Source: the human T2T-CHM13v2.0 reference genome, Homo sapiens. Taken from it: a DNA stretch of 64,000 nt. Where the stretch lies: the NCBI RefSeq assembly GCF_009914755.1, contig NC_060937.1, one strand, 5' to 3'. Shown here one piece after another: positions 13,281 through 27,105 of this stretch. Position numbers and translations under genes: made by a program. Every line of letters starts with the position of its first letter. The stretch's first letter is position 1. A model generated the notes under the pieces. The model searched no databases, had not been told where the DNA came from, and worked only from the letters and a program-made list of their open reading frames with translations.

Positions 13281-13920
13281 AAGCATTTTACTGCCTAAAT
13301 ATTTCTTCTACATTCTCCCTGCAATTAACCTTAGCTTAAACCCTACTCAGCTTTTCTCTGGATTCTTTGCCTCCAACATTCTCCCTTTCTCCAGGACCTT
13401 TTTCATAATATTTTCAGTTATCTGTCCCAAATGTAAAACTGATCATATCACTCTTTTTATTTAAAATTCTGCAGAACAATTTCCTCCATGTGCTCCCTCC
13501 ATTTATTCACTGCACATAAAGTCTAAACTAAGTATGGCTTACAAGACCCTTCATGATCCAGCCCCAACCTCTCTAGTCTAAGACACTGACACTAGGTCAC
13601 TTAAAGCTGCACATGCATGAAGTTTCTCAAGTGAACCATGTTCTTGGACAGGGATAAAAGTTGATTCCCATGAATGGTGCCTGGCATGTGATAAATATTT
13701 GACATATGTTAGCTTTTAAAATCTCATATCTTCTCTTTCCTCAAACTATCAATGCAGTCTCTCCATGGTAACTCCGAGCTGATAAGTGCTTCCTATTTTA
13801 CTTAGAAAACAGAGCTCCCAATAATATACATACTTCTTTCTTGCTTGTTATGATGGATAACTATTTATGATCCCACTTAGCCAACCTTTCCACTTTGCAC
13901 TGGACTGTATCCCCTCTTCT

Positions 13921-14077
13921 TTATATTATATATATATAAAATATATATTTTATATATAATGTTTTATTTATATAATATATATTTTATATATAATATTTTA
14001 TTTATATAACATATAATATATATTTTATATAGAATGTATTTTATATATTATATATTATATCTGTATATATACATATT
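13921..14077. repeat. AT-rich (TA)n-like low-complexity repeat
   Basis: Almost pure A/T with tatatataatat units. Confidence 0.9.
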
Positions 14078-14374
14078 AGAGACAAGGTCTCACTCTGTTG
14101 CTCAGGCTAGAGTGGGGTGGCATGCAATTATGGCTGACTGCAGCCTCGAACTCCTGGGCTTAAGTGATTTGCCTGCTTCAGCCTCTCAAGTAGCTAGGAT
14201 TACAGGTGTGCATCACTATGCCCAGCTGATCTTTAAAAAAATTTTTCTTAATTTTTATAGAAACAAGGACTTGCTATGTTGTCTTGGCTGGTCTCAAACT
14301 CCTGGCCTCAAGCCATCCTTCTACCTTGGCCTTGCCAAATGCTGGGAATATAGGTGTGAGCCACTACGCCTGGT
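14078..14374 (-). mobile_element. Alu (J-type)
   Basis: Full dimer; TSD ctg(t/c)atcccctcttct at 13905-13920 and 14375-14390. Confidence 0.92.
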
Positions 14375-17300
14375 CTGCATCCCCTCTTCTATAAAAGAAT
14401 ATTGTGCCAGTAATTCTCCTCACCCTCCTGCATTATTAATATTTCTTTCAACTGAATTACTCTCATTAGAAAACAACCTTGATATACTTTTTTTTCCATT
14501 AACAAACAAAATAGAACAAAAACCTCTCCAGATCTTGTATCTTCTCTCTTAGTATCTTCTCTTTAGATCAAATCTTGACACACTTCTCTATACTCATTGT
14601 CTCCAATTTCTCCTTCCCCGTTTTCTCCTAAGCCTATTCTAATCAAACTTTGGAGTTTCATTACTCCAAACTGGCCCTCTGCATGAACAGTGCTTAGTAC
14701 ACTGCCTGACACGTAGGTGGACTCAATAAAATACTTTGTGATTCATTGGATCTCTGTAATGTAACTCATGTTATCCTTATAGTTGGAATGCTCCATTAAC
14801 CTCCTTCCTCATCTCCACTCCTCCTTGCCTGATAAATTCTCACAAGTCCTTCAACACTCTGAGTAGGACCTGCCTCTTTTTTGAATGTTTCTCTAACCTC
14901 TCCTAGCTGAGCCAGAAGCTTTCCTATGTTTCCATTGCATCCTGTGACTACTGCTCTTGTTGCACTTAAAACATGCCATTATTTTTTCTTTAACTAGGTT
15001 ATATCTCTTAAAATATTCTAGAAGCCTTCAAGATCAGTGATCATGGTTTTTTGTTTTTTTTTTAACCTTGCTCATCACCATAACCTAGCACAGAGTAGAT
15101 ACTTAACAAAAGCAGGTGAATAAATGGAAGAATGAATAAGTCATCTAAAGAAAGATGGTAATGAAGGGTGAAATAAACACAGTAGCAAACAAAGAGGTGG
15201 GGGAAGAGGGAGAGATAAAAGGTCAAATCAAGCCAGGAGAAAGCAAACAAATGCACTGGGACAAAATGTCTTGTAAGCAACATCAGCATTCTTTGTGGTT
15301 TGAATTCCTAGGATGAAGTAAAGGGTGGATGAATAAATCACTGATGAAGCAGCAAAACAAAATACCTGGGTCAAAGCTTTTAGGTCACTGAGAAGATGGC
15401 TCAGCTCAGTGAAGATAAATTCAAGCCCATGCCTAAAATGATTTGTATTTGTAGGGATGCTGGAGATGTTAGCCCCAAAACTAAAATAAATATGTTGGTT
15501 GTTGTGACAGATGTTATAAAGTCAAGTGGAAAAGTTTTATTAAACTTTGATATGTGAACCAATGCTGACTCTAATCTTCTAAAACAGGGATTAAATCCCA
15601 CAGGTCCTCATTCCTAAATCAAGTGCTTCATCCACATACCTTCAAAGCAGGCAAACAACAAACTGACAAATACAGTGCTGAGATTATAATCCGGGGTAGA
15701 AATGACTCAGTCTAAGCCTTACAAACAAACCTGGCTTTTATGCTAACATTCACACTAACATCTGAATGCAGTCTAAATACATTAAGAATCTTAAAATAGG
15801 TAACTGAATTACATTGCAAAAATAGACCCAAAAGGAACTAGGAAAGCTCATTTGTCCCTTTCTAAATTCCTTCCTGCAACTCATTCCACACCAAGAATAG
15901 ATTGCTCTCTTTTAGAGAAGGACTTTTTCTATATTTTCCTCAAAGCATGAGAGGTATTAAGTATTTGCATCAAAAGGCAATAATAACATCAAAAGATAAC
16001 ATTTATTGGGAATCCCATTTTATAATGAGGTAACAAAAATTCAGACCTGTCAGATAACTTAGAGAGCTAGTAAGTAGCTGGAAGGGAAATCTGAGCTGAA
16101 AGTCTTTCCATGACTATGTTTCTACAAGCTAAGTAAACATAGTACTTTAGTGTGTTCATATTCTCAAATGTAAATAAATAGTCATGCAGATATCCAAATG
16201 AATTTTGGGGTCACATTTAATTTTTTTTGTCCCACATAAGAATGTGACTTATGAGTATAATAGAAAAACTCTTGTTGCAAGGTAACCTAGAGCTATGATA
16301 TCTGTGCTTGAAAGTACTGTCTTTTGACATATATCATATATTTCATGTTTGAAATTGCTGGAAGATGTCTACTATGTACCCATCAAAATTAAAAATAAAA
16401 CATTATAAAATAAAAAAAGTATTAAAAAGTTTCTGGGAGAAAAGCAAATTGTCTTCAGTTTTATTTGCCATTTTTCTACCACAAACAAATAAATAAAAGT
16501 TGAAAAATGAACTATTCAGCCTCTGGAACAGTAGGTAGAAAGTGATAAAATGCTATGTTAAATGAAGCCATTTGCAATATAGTTTTTCAGTTGGATAATC
16601 TTGCTTAGAATTCAATCAGTATAAACCCACAATTATCATACATCATATTGTCACAGTATAGTTGGCTTTAATTACTAAGAGAAAGAAATAAATTCTCTTC
16701 TTTGAAGATGTTCTCTGAGTAAACAATGGAATATCATAATAGAAAACACAAGATCTTAAATTGATGAAATGGTAATCTTAAATACCTACAGTCAATAAAC
16801 ACTCCTTGAATGCCTGTGATGTGTAAGACACTGTCAGAAGGTACAGGACATAAAATGAAGCTTTCAAGAGAAATGGTGATAATGAAAATAAGGAATGTAA
16901 TATTCTTAAAGAAAGCAGATACAGATATCATTCTCCACTTTGGTTCACTAAAATTTTTTTGCCAAATTGCTTACCAATTCTAAAAACTATATAACTAGTT
17001 TTTAAATTAAAAAGTAAATTGTAGAACAGTAAAGAAAATTCTATATACATACTTTTCTTTTTCATGTCTCTGTGTGCACACACATAAGACAAGGGAAATT
17101 TGTTAACTTTTACTTCTATAACATTCTACTTCACTAGAATAACACTTGAAATAATTTCTACGTATATAAAATCAAATAATTTTGCTAATTTAAAAATTAC
17201 CAAATATTCTATTTTATGGAATAAAATGTTGCCTGATTCTAAAGAAAAGGTATCAAAAATTAACTTAATGTGCCAGATTATTTTCAAATTTCCAAAGATA

Positions 17301-17649
17301 GGTGTAAAAACTATGATTCGGAAAAAAAAAACCAAAGAATTACAGATAATAATGCTCATAGAAATGCTAGATGAAGTTAAACCATGCACCGGTTGATGTG
17401 TGTCTTTGTAGAATTTTTCTAGTTAACCAGGATCTTGAGTTATGACATTCAGGAAATCTTTTTTTCCATTCAAACTACTGTTACATTAAAAAAAGTCAAA
17501 CTATAAAAAGAAAAATAATCAATCTGAACAAAGCTAATACTCTAGATGCCAGACCTAGTTTAAATATAAATTAAAAATATATATATATTAAAGTAGATTT
17601 TGCATTATTTACCGAGGTAAGGCTGAATATTTAAAATAGCCTTTGTAGT

Positions 17650-17830
17650 CAACAGAATTGACCTCAAGTTCTGGCTCTACCATTTTACTATGTATGTTTC
17701 TGGGGCAAATCATTTATCCTCTCTAAGCCTATGTTTCCTTCTCTGTAAAACAGACATAAGAGACAGTATCTCAAATGAGGCTGTATCAAAGTGCTTAAGT
17801 ACAGTGTTTACTACATAGTGGCGACTATCA
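17650..17830 (+). mobile_element. MIR SINE
   Basis: Core motif ggcaaatcattt...ctctctaagcctatgtttcctt ctctgtaaaa. Confidence 0.7.
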
Positions 17831-19976
17831 GTATAAACAAAGTAGAGTAAATATGGTCTTCTACATAATGATTTATTTAGTATCACAAAGGTATAAAACA
17901 AAAATAAATCTCATTTTACTAAATAGCATAGGGAAGTTCACTAAGAATAAGCCATCTTCTAAAGCATAGGTGATATACTAGTGGGATACATGGTAGTGAG
18001 GTTCAGGGAAGAATACCTTGCTTGGGGAGTCTTAAATGTTGGCACTTTGCCACATTTACCTTTCCCAACACGGTATAAAAAATACAATTCTGAATTATTT
18101 TAAAAAATTAAAACTATTTTCAGATTCCATACTTTTTTTTGTGATGCTAAAGATTAAGACTTCCATTTTCTGGAATTTGGAAGTCAAAATTTAGAGACGT
18201 CCTGTTGCGAATAAGAAGTTTAAAACAAGACCTAAGTAATTTCCATTGCTGGACTATAGGCAAGTAATGATTCAGAAAATTGCTAATTGAAACATAGCTA
18301 AGCCATGATTTCAAATTTGCTTCAAGATAGTGGTAAATAAAGTGGTGGTACTGATAACACATATGCATAAAATTATATTGACACAATGTCACCTAGAAAC
18401 TGTTATTCCCTGGAAGAGACAAATCAACTTTTATTACTGTTTATTGTTTTGAAATATTTTATTAATTAAATTTGGTAAAATTAAAATGGTAATTATGCTT
18501 GTTTTTGTAAAGACTTGCAATGATTCTTTAGCTAGAACAAAAAGGTTCTCCTTTCTCCTTAGTTCTTTTGTCTGCTACTGCTATGACACAGGCAATTTTT
18601 CATTTAAAACTGAATTTGAATATGAATGAATTTAAATTTTCTAGTATAAATTTTCTACCTGACTGATCCTGATATTTTTCCTTTGTTTTTCCCTTTGTCC
18701 TTACCTTTAAAACTTCTTGAAACCTAAGTAGTACTTCTAAATGTAAAAAGTCTGATGCAACACAAAATTAATAAACTAACTCCTCACTTCTGTTTCATTC
18801 TTCTAAAATAATATTTATCATAGAAGGAAAAAACTATTTCGCACATGTGACACTATTTTGTTTCTTTGAAATTCTTCTCTTAATAGACATTCAAATTAAT
18901 ATTATACATGAACGAACATGATAAGCTAGAAATTGATAGTACTTATATTTCCAAACTAATTAATTTCATCAATTAAACTTTCCTAATGGATAGTGGAAAC
19001 CCAGAAAAGTTTATACTCTTGTGTACCCTTTACCTAAGGTGGATAAAGTAATGAATAATATCATTTGCTAGCTACATACTAACCTAGTTTTTAATAAAAA
19101 CTAAACCAGCTAGCATTCTTTTACATGACCCTAATAACAGTTATTAAAGTATTTTTGTAAACAAATAACTTAGACCTAAGTGTGAATGTACTTTACCAAA
19201 GCAAAGAGGTTGTGCATTTGAATCCGAAAAATGGTATACAAGCTGAAACTTTCATAAACTAGCTCATTCAATTAATGTGTTTATATATTGTATAGCCAAC
19301 ATGAGAACTGAATGCCAAGAAGAACACACTGTTGTCATACTGGACAGAGCTTTGAAAAGTTTAGGTGGAAGGTTCAGGAGGTTATTAAGAAAAAAGAACA
19401 CTCAGTTAAGTATAATTTTTTTGGGTATCTTTTCCAAACCAATGTGAATTACTATCATGAATGAAGGACTAGAGCAATCCTAAAAGACAGAACTGGAATC
19501 AAATGATCAATTTAACATATTAGGAACAACAACAAAAAAATAAAAATAAAGACAGGAAACAACAATTTGAGAAAACCGGGAAAACTAAATTGTCATACAT
19601 TTCATAGATACCAAATTCACTTAGAAAAAACAAACAAACCTGTCCAAACAAGTACAGTCTCTCTTCTACCCACTGATAAGAGTGAAATGGCTTTATCCTT
19701 TTGGGACATCTTGAAGTAAGAAAAATCCACTGAAAGTTGTCCCTGTATGTGATGCTTACCATAGTCATGCATATGAACTTTAAATCAACTTTAAATGTCT
19801 TAGCTGCAGAATGTCTTAGCTCAGAATAGCTTAGATATTTCAAAAATGTGGGAGGGGATAACATCCTAATTAAAAAAAACCAGTCAGGTGAGTTGATAAC
19901 TAATTAGTAACTGATAAGCAACTCAGAACAAAGCTTCAGAAATGCTTGATGAGGCAGGTAAGGCTGACAGACTTAC

Positions 19977-20132
19977 TCTGAAGCTGAGGCTGCTGGAAGG
20001 AAAGGGGCTGTCCGAACACAAATGGGCTGTGTACTAGGGAAGAGGGAGGTTTTGCAGCTTGATCAAAGATGGAAGGAGCTGGGAGATTGGGTCGTGACTG
20101 AATGGAATTCAATATGGCACTCAGTTGGTCAC
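19977..20132 (-). CDS. MYCBP2: MYCBP2 alternative cassette exon, 156 nt, (G)DQLSAILNSIQSRPNLPAPSIFDQAAKPPSSLVHSPFVFGQPLSFQQPQLQ
   Basis: cactgcag|GT acceptor, AGA|gtaagt donor, open frame (ORF track 19936..20154), symmetric phase 1. Confidence 0.9.
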
Positions 20133-21359
20133 CTGCAGTGGGTAAAACAGTCAAAACTACAACTCGTTATTCATTAACATCCAAAATGGCAAAGTAAATG
20201 GTGCTTTATGACATTCAGATAGAGTTGAACACTAAATAAAACCATGCCAATTCAGAAATGAGTGAAAATTGGTGACTGTTAATCATCCTCAGATTAGGGA
20301 CCGAATTTTGCAAGCTTTTTTTTTTAATGGAAGCGCCCCACCAAATCTTATATAGAAGCCCACCTATAAAAACAAATCCATTTAAATTCATATATAACAT
20401 CTCTCATTATGTATGGGAGAACGAAGACTCTATGAAGAATCAGTGATAAATTGCTTCAATATTGAACATATATAAATGAAGATTTAAGTAAATGATGCCT
20501 TTTCCATAGTTCCCAACAATGACTAATACCACCCTGCCTCATCGGCAGTATATTTCATGCAGAAAATAAGCAATTAACAGTTTTTCTTCAAAAAGCAGAA
20601 TGGGGCAAAGTATGTTATTAACATAGCAATGTGTTTACATTATAGTTATAAATTAATACTTTCTTTTTTAAGTTGTTACTGCCAAAGAAATTCTACTTTA
20701 AAAGCATGAAATATTTTGCTTAGATGAATAATTTAAAAATCTGTAAGTCCTATATGACAAAAAGGATTATGAGCTACCTAATTTGAATAGTATCTAAAAT
20801 ATCGATTCTAACATTTTTCCTTGTACCAAAAGGTTTTACAAAAATTTTTTTTAAGATAATGAAATTATGTGATGGATAATAACTCCTTATTTGTGAGTAT
20901 ACATTAAATAGTTTAAATGATGCTGGAGGTGGGGAGAGGGAACTACATCCAGACTAGGTGATGCAGAAACTGGAAAATAGTATCTTTCTAGTCATATTTC
21001 TGAAATATAATAAAGTTTCATATGTGAAAATTTCAACTGAAGTACCTACACGGGATAGATTTATGTGGAAAGAACTGTGTACACGAGCCATATATCTTTT
21101 TTTGAAATAATAAATAAATGCTGTAGATTATAGGAAAAAATTTAGAGATCATGAAGAATTTTCTAAAATACTGTTTTAAGAAAAAAAAACTTACAAAAAA
21201 CAGCTCTTCGATCTTGGACAGTATTAAGAGTTAAAATGGGAACTACTGTTACAGATAATAAAGTTAGATATATTTCATCAAGTTTAAGTTTCTTATTATT
21301 TCTTTGCTCCTTCTAAATATTTTAAAAGCTTGTTAACAAGAGTAGGCTTATTATTAATA

Positions 21360-21526
21360 TTTTTTTAAGGAAACAGGATCCTGCTCTGTTGCCCAGGATG
21401 GAGCGTGTGGCTATTCACAGGCACGACTATAGCAGACTACATCCTTAAACTCCTGGCCTCAAGTGATCCTGTTGCCTCAGCTTCCCAGGTAGCTGGGACT
21501 ATAGGCATGAGCCACTATGCCTGGCA
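21360..21526 (-). mobile_element. FAM fossil Alu monomer
   Basis: Monomer keeping the 7SL-derived ggctattcacaggc segment diagnostic of FAM. Confidence 0.82.
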
Positions 21527-23009
21527 TGGTGCATGCTATTTTTGAACGATATTCACAAAATCTCATGTTTAAAAAGTAATACTTTATTATTTGTACATAA
21601 TAACAAATTTTCTCGGCAATGTTTGTGTCTCAAACATTTATATTTATTTTAATGATATTTTAATAAATTATAATGACTGATTTACTGTGATAGCTATTAG
21701 TACAATGACAGACAGTTTAAAGACTGAAAGCATACAATTTGTGTTAAACAAGGCTTTAAAACATTACTATATAGAGATATAGTAGCGGTAAGCAAATGCT
21801 GAGATTTTAAGAGTTGACAAAGGTAAAGAGAAAGGGACATAAAGAAAACACCACCAAGCATTTACACTATGTAAGTACAAAGATCTAGCTTAAGTTAATG
21901 GAAATCAGGTACCCGAAGTAAGCGAGCAGATGATACCCAATCCTATGAGATAGGCTAGTCCAAGGGAGTAAAAAAAAATCTTGTGGCTAGGTTTCCTTCA
22001 TAAAAATACTTTGTGGAAAGTAATGAAGCTATTCAATAGAAGTAGTTTTATTTTAAACAGAATATTCCTTATACATTTTGTTCACTGTTTTATTTTTTCA
22101 CTTGTTCTTCAAGTCAGGTATAATGACACTGTATTTGTCCCTTGGAATCAAGTCCTGTGAATTAATTTAAATAAAATTAAAGTAAAATTATTTCCACGTA
22201 AGCTATCTGCTCCCTTTTACTCATGACCCAGCTGTATGTTACCTGTGGACAATAGGGCTGATTTTGAAGGAGTCTAGATCAGGTACATAGGAAAGAACAA
22301 GAGTGTGTGAATTCACATAAAAATGCAATTTCTGATGAACCTCCAGCATAAATTGTTTCAAAATTAACTATTGTTTGGACAGTCCATGATGCTGGTCTCT
22401 TCCATTAATGCAGCCAAAACAGCTGTATATATATTATATTCATATGACTTAGGGTTTTCTTCTTTTTACAACTTTCTGGTTTTATTATAGATATTAAAAC
22501 CAAACAGATCATTTCACATAATTCTAAATTAACTAAGATTACTGGGTTAGAAATTCAAAACCACATAAATTTTATAAAGCTCATGTGTAATATTACTTAA
22601 AAATATTATTTAGAAGTAATAGTTTGATTTTAAATGGATCATTTGAGCAAGTTCTCTGTTTCTCATTAACATTACCATCCTAATAAGTGGATGATAAAAA
22701 TCAAATTTTACTAGATTTAGTGAAATAGAATCTTTAGGATATGAAATCAAAATGAGTGTTTTTTAAATAGAAAAAAAATAAGCAAGCACTCTCATAAACT
22801 TAAGCCAAAACTGGTTAAAAACAAAAAACAACAGCAAAAAACAATACTATGAAAAGAACACCTTTGTAAACATTTTTTATTAGCTTTCCATGAACAAATT
22901 TTAATTTAATAAAGATTTCTGGGTGAACACAAATAAAAAGTGTATAAAAGAGAAGGTAATAAAAAATATTGAAGTTAGGTAAGTAAAAGACTTACTTTTA
23001 AATACCTAC

Positions 23010-23132
23010 CTTTGCTATTTCCGAGTCCATAATCAAATCCTTGGGCACTGCAACTTGCCCCTTTATTAAAAGCTTGCACTGAGAAAGGGCTTGGAGGAGG
23101 AGTTTGAGAATTCTGATCCAGAAGAGCTTGTT
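23010..23132 (-). CDS. MYCBP2: MYCBP2 coding exon, 123 nt, (E)QALLDQNSQTPPPSPF...GLGNSK(G)
   Basis: ttattgtag|AA acceptor, AAG|gtaggt donor; symmetric phase 1. Confidence 0.95.
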
Positions 23133-24056
23133 CTACAATAAAAGCCATAGCTGTAACATTAGTTTCTTACGTGCTATTCCCTATTCATACAACAAAGAGA
23201 GAAAATTGCAAAAGATTTTATGATGGTTAGATTTTAAAATAAGCTCACATCTAGATTTGATCAATTTAAATACCAGTCAGGTCATCTTAACATTAACAAA
23301 GCACCTGACAAATCTTTGTTTTTATTTATCAAATACACAGTGAAATTTAGAAATGAGATAGGCTCTTATGAAGCCAATTTACTTTTATTGTGGCAGGATA
23401 CATTACTGAATGCATACTAATATTTCTGGACCAGGAACTCTTTGTATTTGCAACAAATTTATACAAGAGTATTTTGCAAAACAAAATGGATAACCTATAA
23501 ACCAGAAATAAAAGTATTTTGCATATTAGTATTAGAATAGAGAAAAAAACTAAGTATCTAGTACCAAAAGGAATTTTCATTTGTTAACTGTTCTAAGTTA
23601 TGAATGTGAAAATTATGGAAAACTTAACTTTTAACTTATTTTATCACATAAAGATATTTTTCCCAAATAGAAGGATAATAATAAACCATGTTACATAATC
23701 AGAGTCTATAAATGTATCAGAATTCTTATTTCAAGCAGAAAATGGCAAATGTTTTATCCATTTACAAATGGCAAGATGTGACCTATAAAATATGCAAACT
23801 AAATTAATCCCCTATGAACAATCAACTGGCTCCAAGACTCTGTCTGATATAAAACAATACCTTAGTTAAATATCCATATTAATGCCAGCCAAAAAAGGCA
23901 AAATAAAGTCTGTCAAGTAAAATTGGGGGGAAAAGGTATTTATTCCATTAAAATAACCTTATGAAAAATAAAATATCTCAAGTATATTTTTAAATATCTT
24001 ATTTTTAAAATATCTTTAAGTATCTTAAATATCTTTTTTAAAAGTCAATAGTCCTT

Positions 24057-24342
24057 GGCCGGTCGCGGTGGCTTACGCTTGTAATCCCAGCACTTTGGGA
24101 GGCCAAGGCAGGCGGATCACGAGGTCAGGAGATCGAGACCACGGTGAAACCCCTTCTGTACTAAAAATACAAAAAATTAGCCGGGCGTGGTGGCCGGCGC
24201 CTGTAGTCCCAGCTACTCAGAGAGGCTGAGGCAGGAGAATGGCATGAACCTGGGAGGCGGAGCTTGCAGTGAGCCGAGATCGCGCCACTGCACCCCAGCC
24301 TGGGTGACAGAGCGAGACTCCATCTCAAAAAAAAAAAAAAAA
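24057..24342 (+). mobile_element. Young AluY-lineage element (AluYc3/Yd-type)
   Basis: 12-bp left-arm deletion (gagacc^acggtgaaac), cgcttgtaa, extra base in ctcagagagg; many CpGs; 17-bp TSD aaaagtcaatagtcctt. Confidence 0.9.
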
Positions 24343-25199
24343 AAAAGTCAATAGTCCTTTAAACAGAACAGGGAACTACAGACAGGGTGTGGTAGAGTGT
24401 TTCCTTCCTACCTGTAAATTGCAATTCTGCTAAACCAGTGGTACTGTATAATCTATCCCTTTACCAGCATTTGTAGACTTGATTTAAAAAACCAATCTTA
24501 GCACTTCCCTTAGGCAATACTCTTCAGCATGCAATATTTCAGCAGTAGAATGTTTCTTCAGAAAAACACCCATGAACAGTAAACTGAACGGAAAAGATAG
24601 CACTGCTTCCTCTCTAGACTAAGAATGGTCTAGCACCCAGAGTGAAGTCTGTTTTTACCACAGCAGTAACTTTGCCTACTACAGATTTCAAAGACCAATA
24701 GAGAATTTTTACAAAGAGGAAAGCTTTTGTTTTACTCACATGACTTCATATAAATTACCATAGTGCCAAATCTTTGTACTTCCATATTAAATATTATCAC
24801 CAATGAACAGACTATTTGGGCAGCACATCAACTAATCTTAGTGATTTAAAGGCACTAACTTCATATCATTTCTTTCCTTATCACTCCAGGTTTTATATTA
24901 AAATAGTAAGATTCACATGATCACCAAATATCCATATTTATGTCTGTATCTATACATCAAGAGTAAAAGATGATTAACTAATTACAGAGAAAAATTTAAA
25001 CTTTTCTTAAATGATACTCTAATTTAAGAGGCATTTTATCTTGAAAGAAGCTTCTATCTTCTAAGTTTATAAGAATAAAATTTCCCAGGTTAAAACTTGA
25101 TCCTTAGCATGGAAGGCATTTTGCATTTTAACAATAAGACCTAACTTACCATCCATTAGCTTTATCTGTTATTTGCTCATTTAGTCTTCATATCAAATT

Positions 25200-25345
25200 T
25201 ATGTGGTTATGACCTATAAGGTCATTTTATAAATGGGAAAACTGAGGCACAGAGATATTAGGTTAACTTGGTCAAGGTCACATGAGTAAAAAGTTGCACA
25301 GCTGGGATCAGTACCCTGGCAGTCCTGCTTCAGAATCCACTCTTA
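25200..25345 (-). mobile_element. MIR SINE
   Basis: cattttataaatgggaaaactgaggcacagaga...aacttggtcaaggtcaca core. Confidence 0.75.
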
Positions 25346-25744
25346 CATATTTTTTGTACTGCCAGTTAAAAAATTATTAAGGATTAAGCTAGAAAAGTCC
25401 TTTAGAAGTCACCTAAGCTGTTCTCATATTTAACTTATCTTAAATAAAGCTGATCTCCCCTTAGGTATTTTCATTTATATCTGAATATTCCTATATAAAG
25501 AAAAATGTTTAAAAATTTATGAATATGAAGTAAATATACAGCAATATATAATAAGCACATAGTAAGTGAAAAAGTCATTTAGTAAATGTCTGATTTACAT
25601 CAAGCGGAACCCTTATCTTTTTCAAATGAACAGTTCTACTGTTTCAGGACATTATTTTATGACCATATCATCTTAGACTAAAAAAAGTCTATCTGGGAAA
25701 AACAAGGAGAGGAGGTAGGTTCTCAAGTTGTGCTCAATGTGTAC

Positions 25745-25920
25745 AGCATGGTGTAATGAGTACAGCATTTAAAACACGAATGAAGATTCTGGCTGAAGTC
25801 TTACATCTGCTATGTCACCAGCTGTACAACCATAGACACGTTAGTTTAAATTCTAGAGCTTGAGTTTCCTACCTATAAATTTAAGATTATATCACCTACC
25901 TCAAAGGTGTGTTGTGGGGG
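25745..25920 (+). mobile_element. MIR SINE
   Basis: gcatggtgtaatg...tgagtttcctacctataaat...acctacctcaaaggt. Confidence 0.6.
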
Positions 25921-26972
25921 GAAAAAGGGAGATATCTCCAAAGATACTCCATCATTATTGCAAATTTCAAACCTTTTCTGAATCCATATTTATGGCCAAA
26001 TTGCCTCTTGGAATAATAAGTATTATAAATTTATTATCTTTTGAATAAAGATGCATGTTCTCTTATTTACCTAACTTCATCCTATAAATTTTGGGATTTG
26101 GCAGACAAGTCCATGTTTGCTTACATACTTATTTTGATGTGCTATTATTTTTATAATTCAAGTTGTATTACAAAACTTCATGAGCAACTAGTATGTGTCA
26201 AAACTGTTTCAGTACTAGGAATGGAAAGATAAAAACCATGTGCCTGTCCACAAGGGACTCATAACTGGGTATGAAGAAATAAACATGAACTTCACTATGA
26301 CACTATTGTTCTAGTGGTGAGCACAATTCTTTAGGAACACAAGAAATTCTTTGCTCTGTTGTGATCAGTTAAAGCATCACACAAGTGATAATGTGGTCTC
26401 AACTTCGAAGAACAAATTTTTGCCACCAAGATATCAAAGAGAGGGGGACAAAAAGGAATATATTTTATTAAGTGATAGCCATGTTGAAAAAGGTAAAATA
26501 AAATTTAAAGTTGAAAATCTAACAACAGGAAACCCTAAAGACACTATGCATTTATTCAATGCTCTTTCCCTAAGACAAAATGCAATCAAATGAAGTTGCC
26601 TGGGAGAAGTACTGAGATTGGTAGTTGGAATACCGAAGTTTCATTTTATTATAGAAGGGATAGAACGTTCAGTCCTGGACTGGTACAGAAGAAAGAGGTA
26701 TATAAATTTATATTAATGAAATTAAAAGCCTGTTTTATAAAGATGAGTCTATATGTTTCGAATTTTCTTTTAATTTTCTTCTTTAATGTGCATTAAGTAC
26801 TCACGTATTTTACAAACCAATTTTAACAGTTGCAAGATTTTTTAACTTTTAGTTTTGCTTGTTAAAAAGCAAACACACAAAAAACTCTTTAAAACAAAAG
26901 CAATACAATAGGCATTAAACTTCTGTATTTGAAAGCTTAATTGGAATAAATCACAAATTTAAGCCAACTTGC

Positions 26973-27105
26973 CATCTTCATGTCGGAGGTACTGGTTTCC
27001 GCCTCTGTCTCTAGCTAAGGACCATGCCTCTCCTTCATCACTCTCACAGAACTCTACCATGCTGTTCTGATCCAGTTGCACCCATGTCCCTTCAGAATTG
27101 GTTAC
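26973..27105 (-). CDS. MYCBP2: MYCBP2 coding exon, 133 nt, VTNSEGTWVQLDQ...NQYLRHED(E); GC donor
   Basis: gtaccag|GTA acceptor; donor ATG|gcaagt (GC-AG) gives the in-frame phase-1 join to AA CAA GCT. Confidence 0.94.

Noticed and set aside
14034-14552. Longest ORF (172 aa), and similar ORFs at 32644, 35822, 37281, 39211, 54513, 58763-59417, 59969 and 61722
   Set aside because: Translations of Alu sequence (SHSVAQA, LPPRLECSG-type text), not genes
19750-19765. Strong donor-like ATG|gtaagc on the minus strand
   Set aside because: No convincing acceptor or open exon found; extending the 156-nt exon meets a stop at 19936
22990-23009. Second donor-like AAA|gtaagt 14 nt downstream of the 23010 donor
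   Set aside because: Would shift frame; the upstream AAG|gtaggt donor explains the protein; no other support
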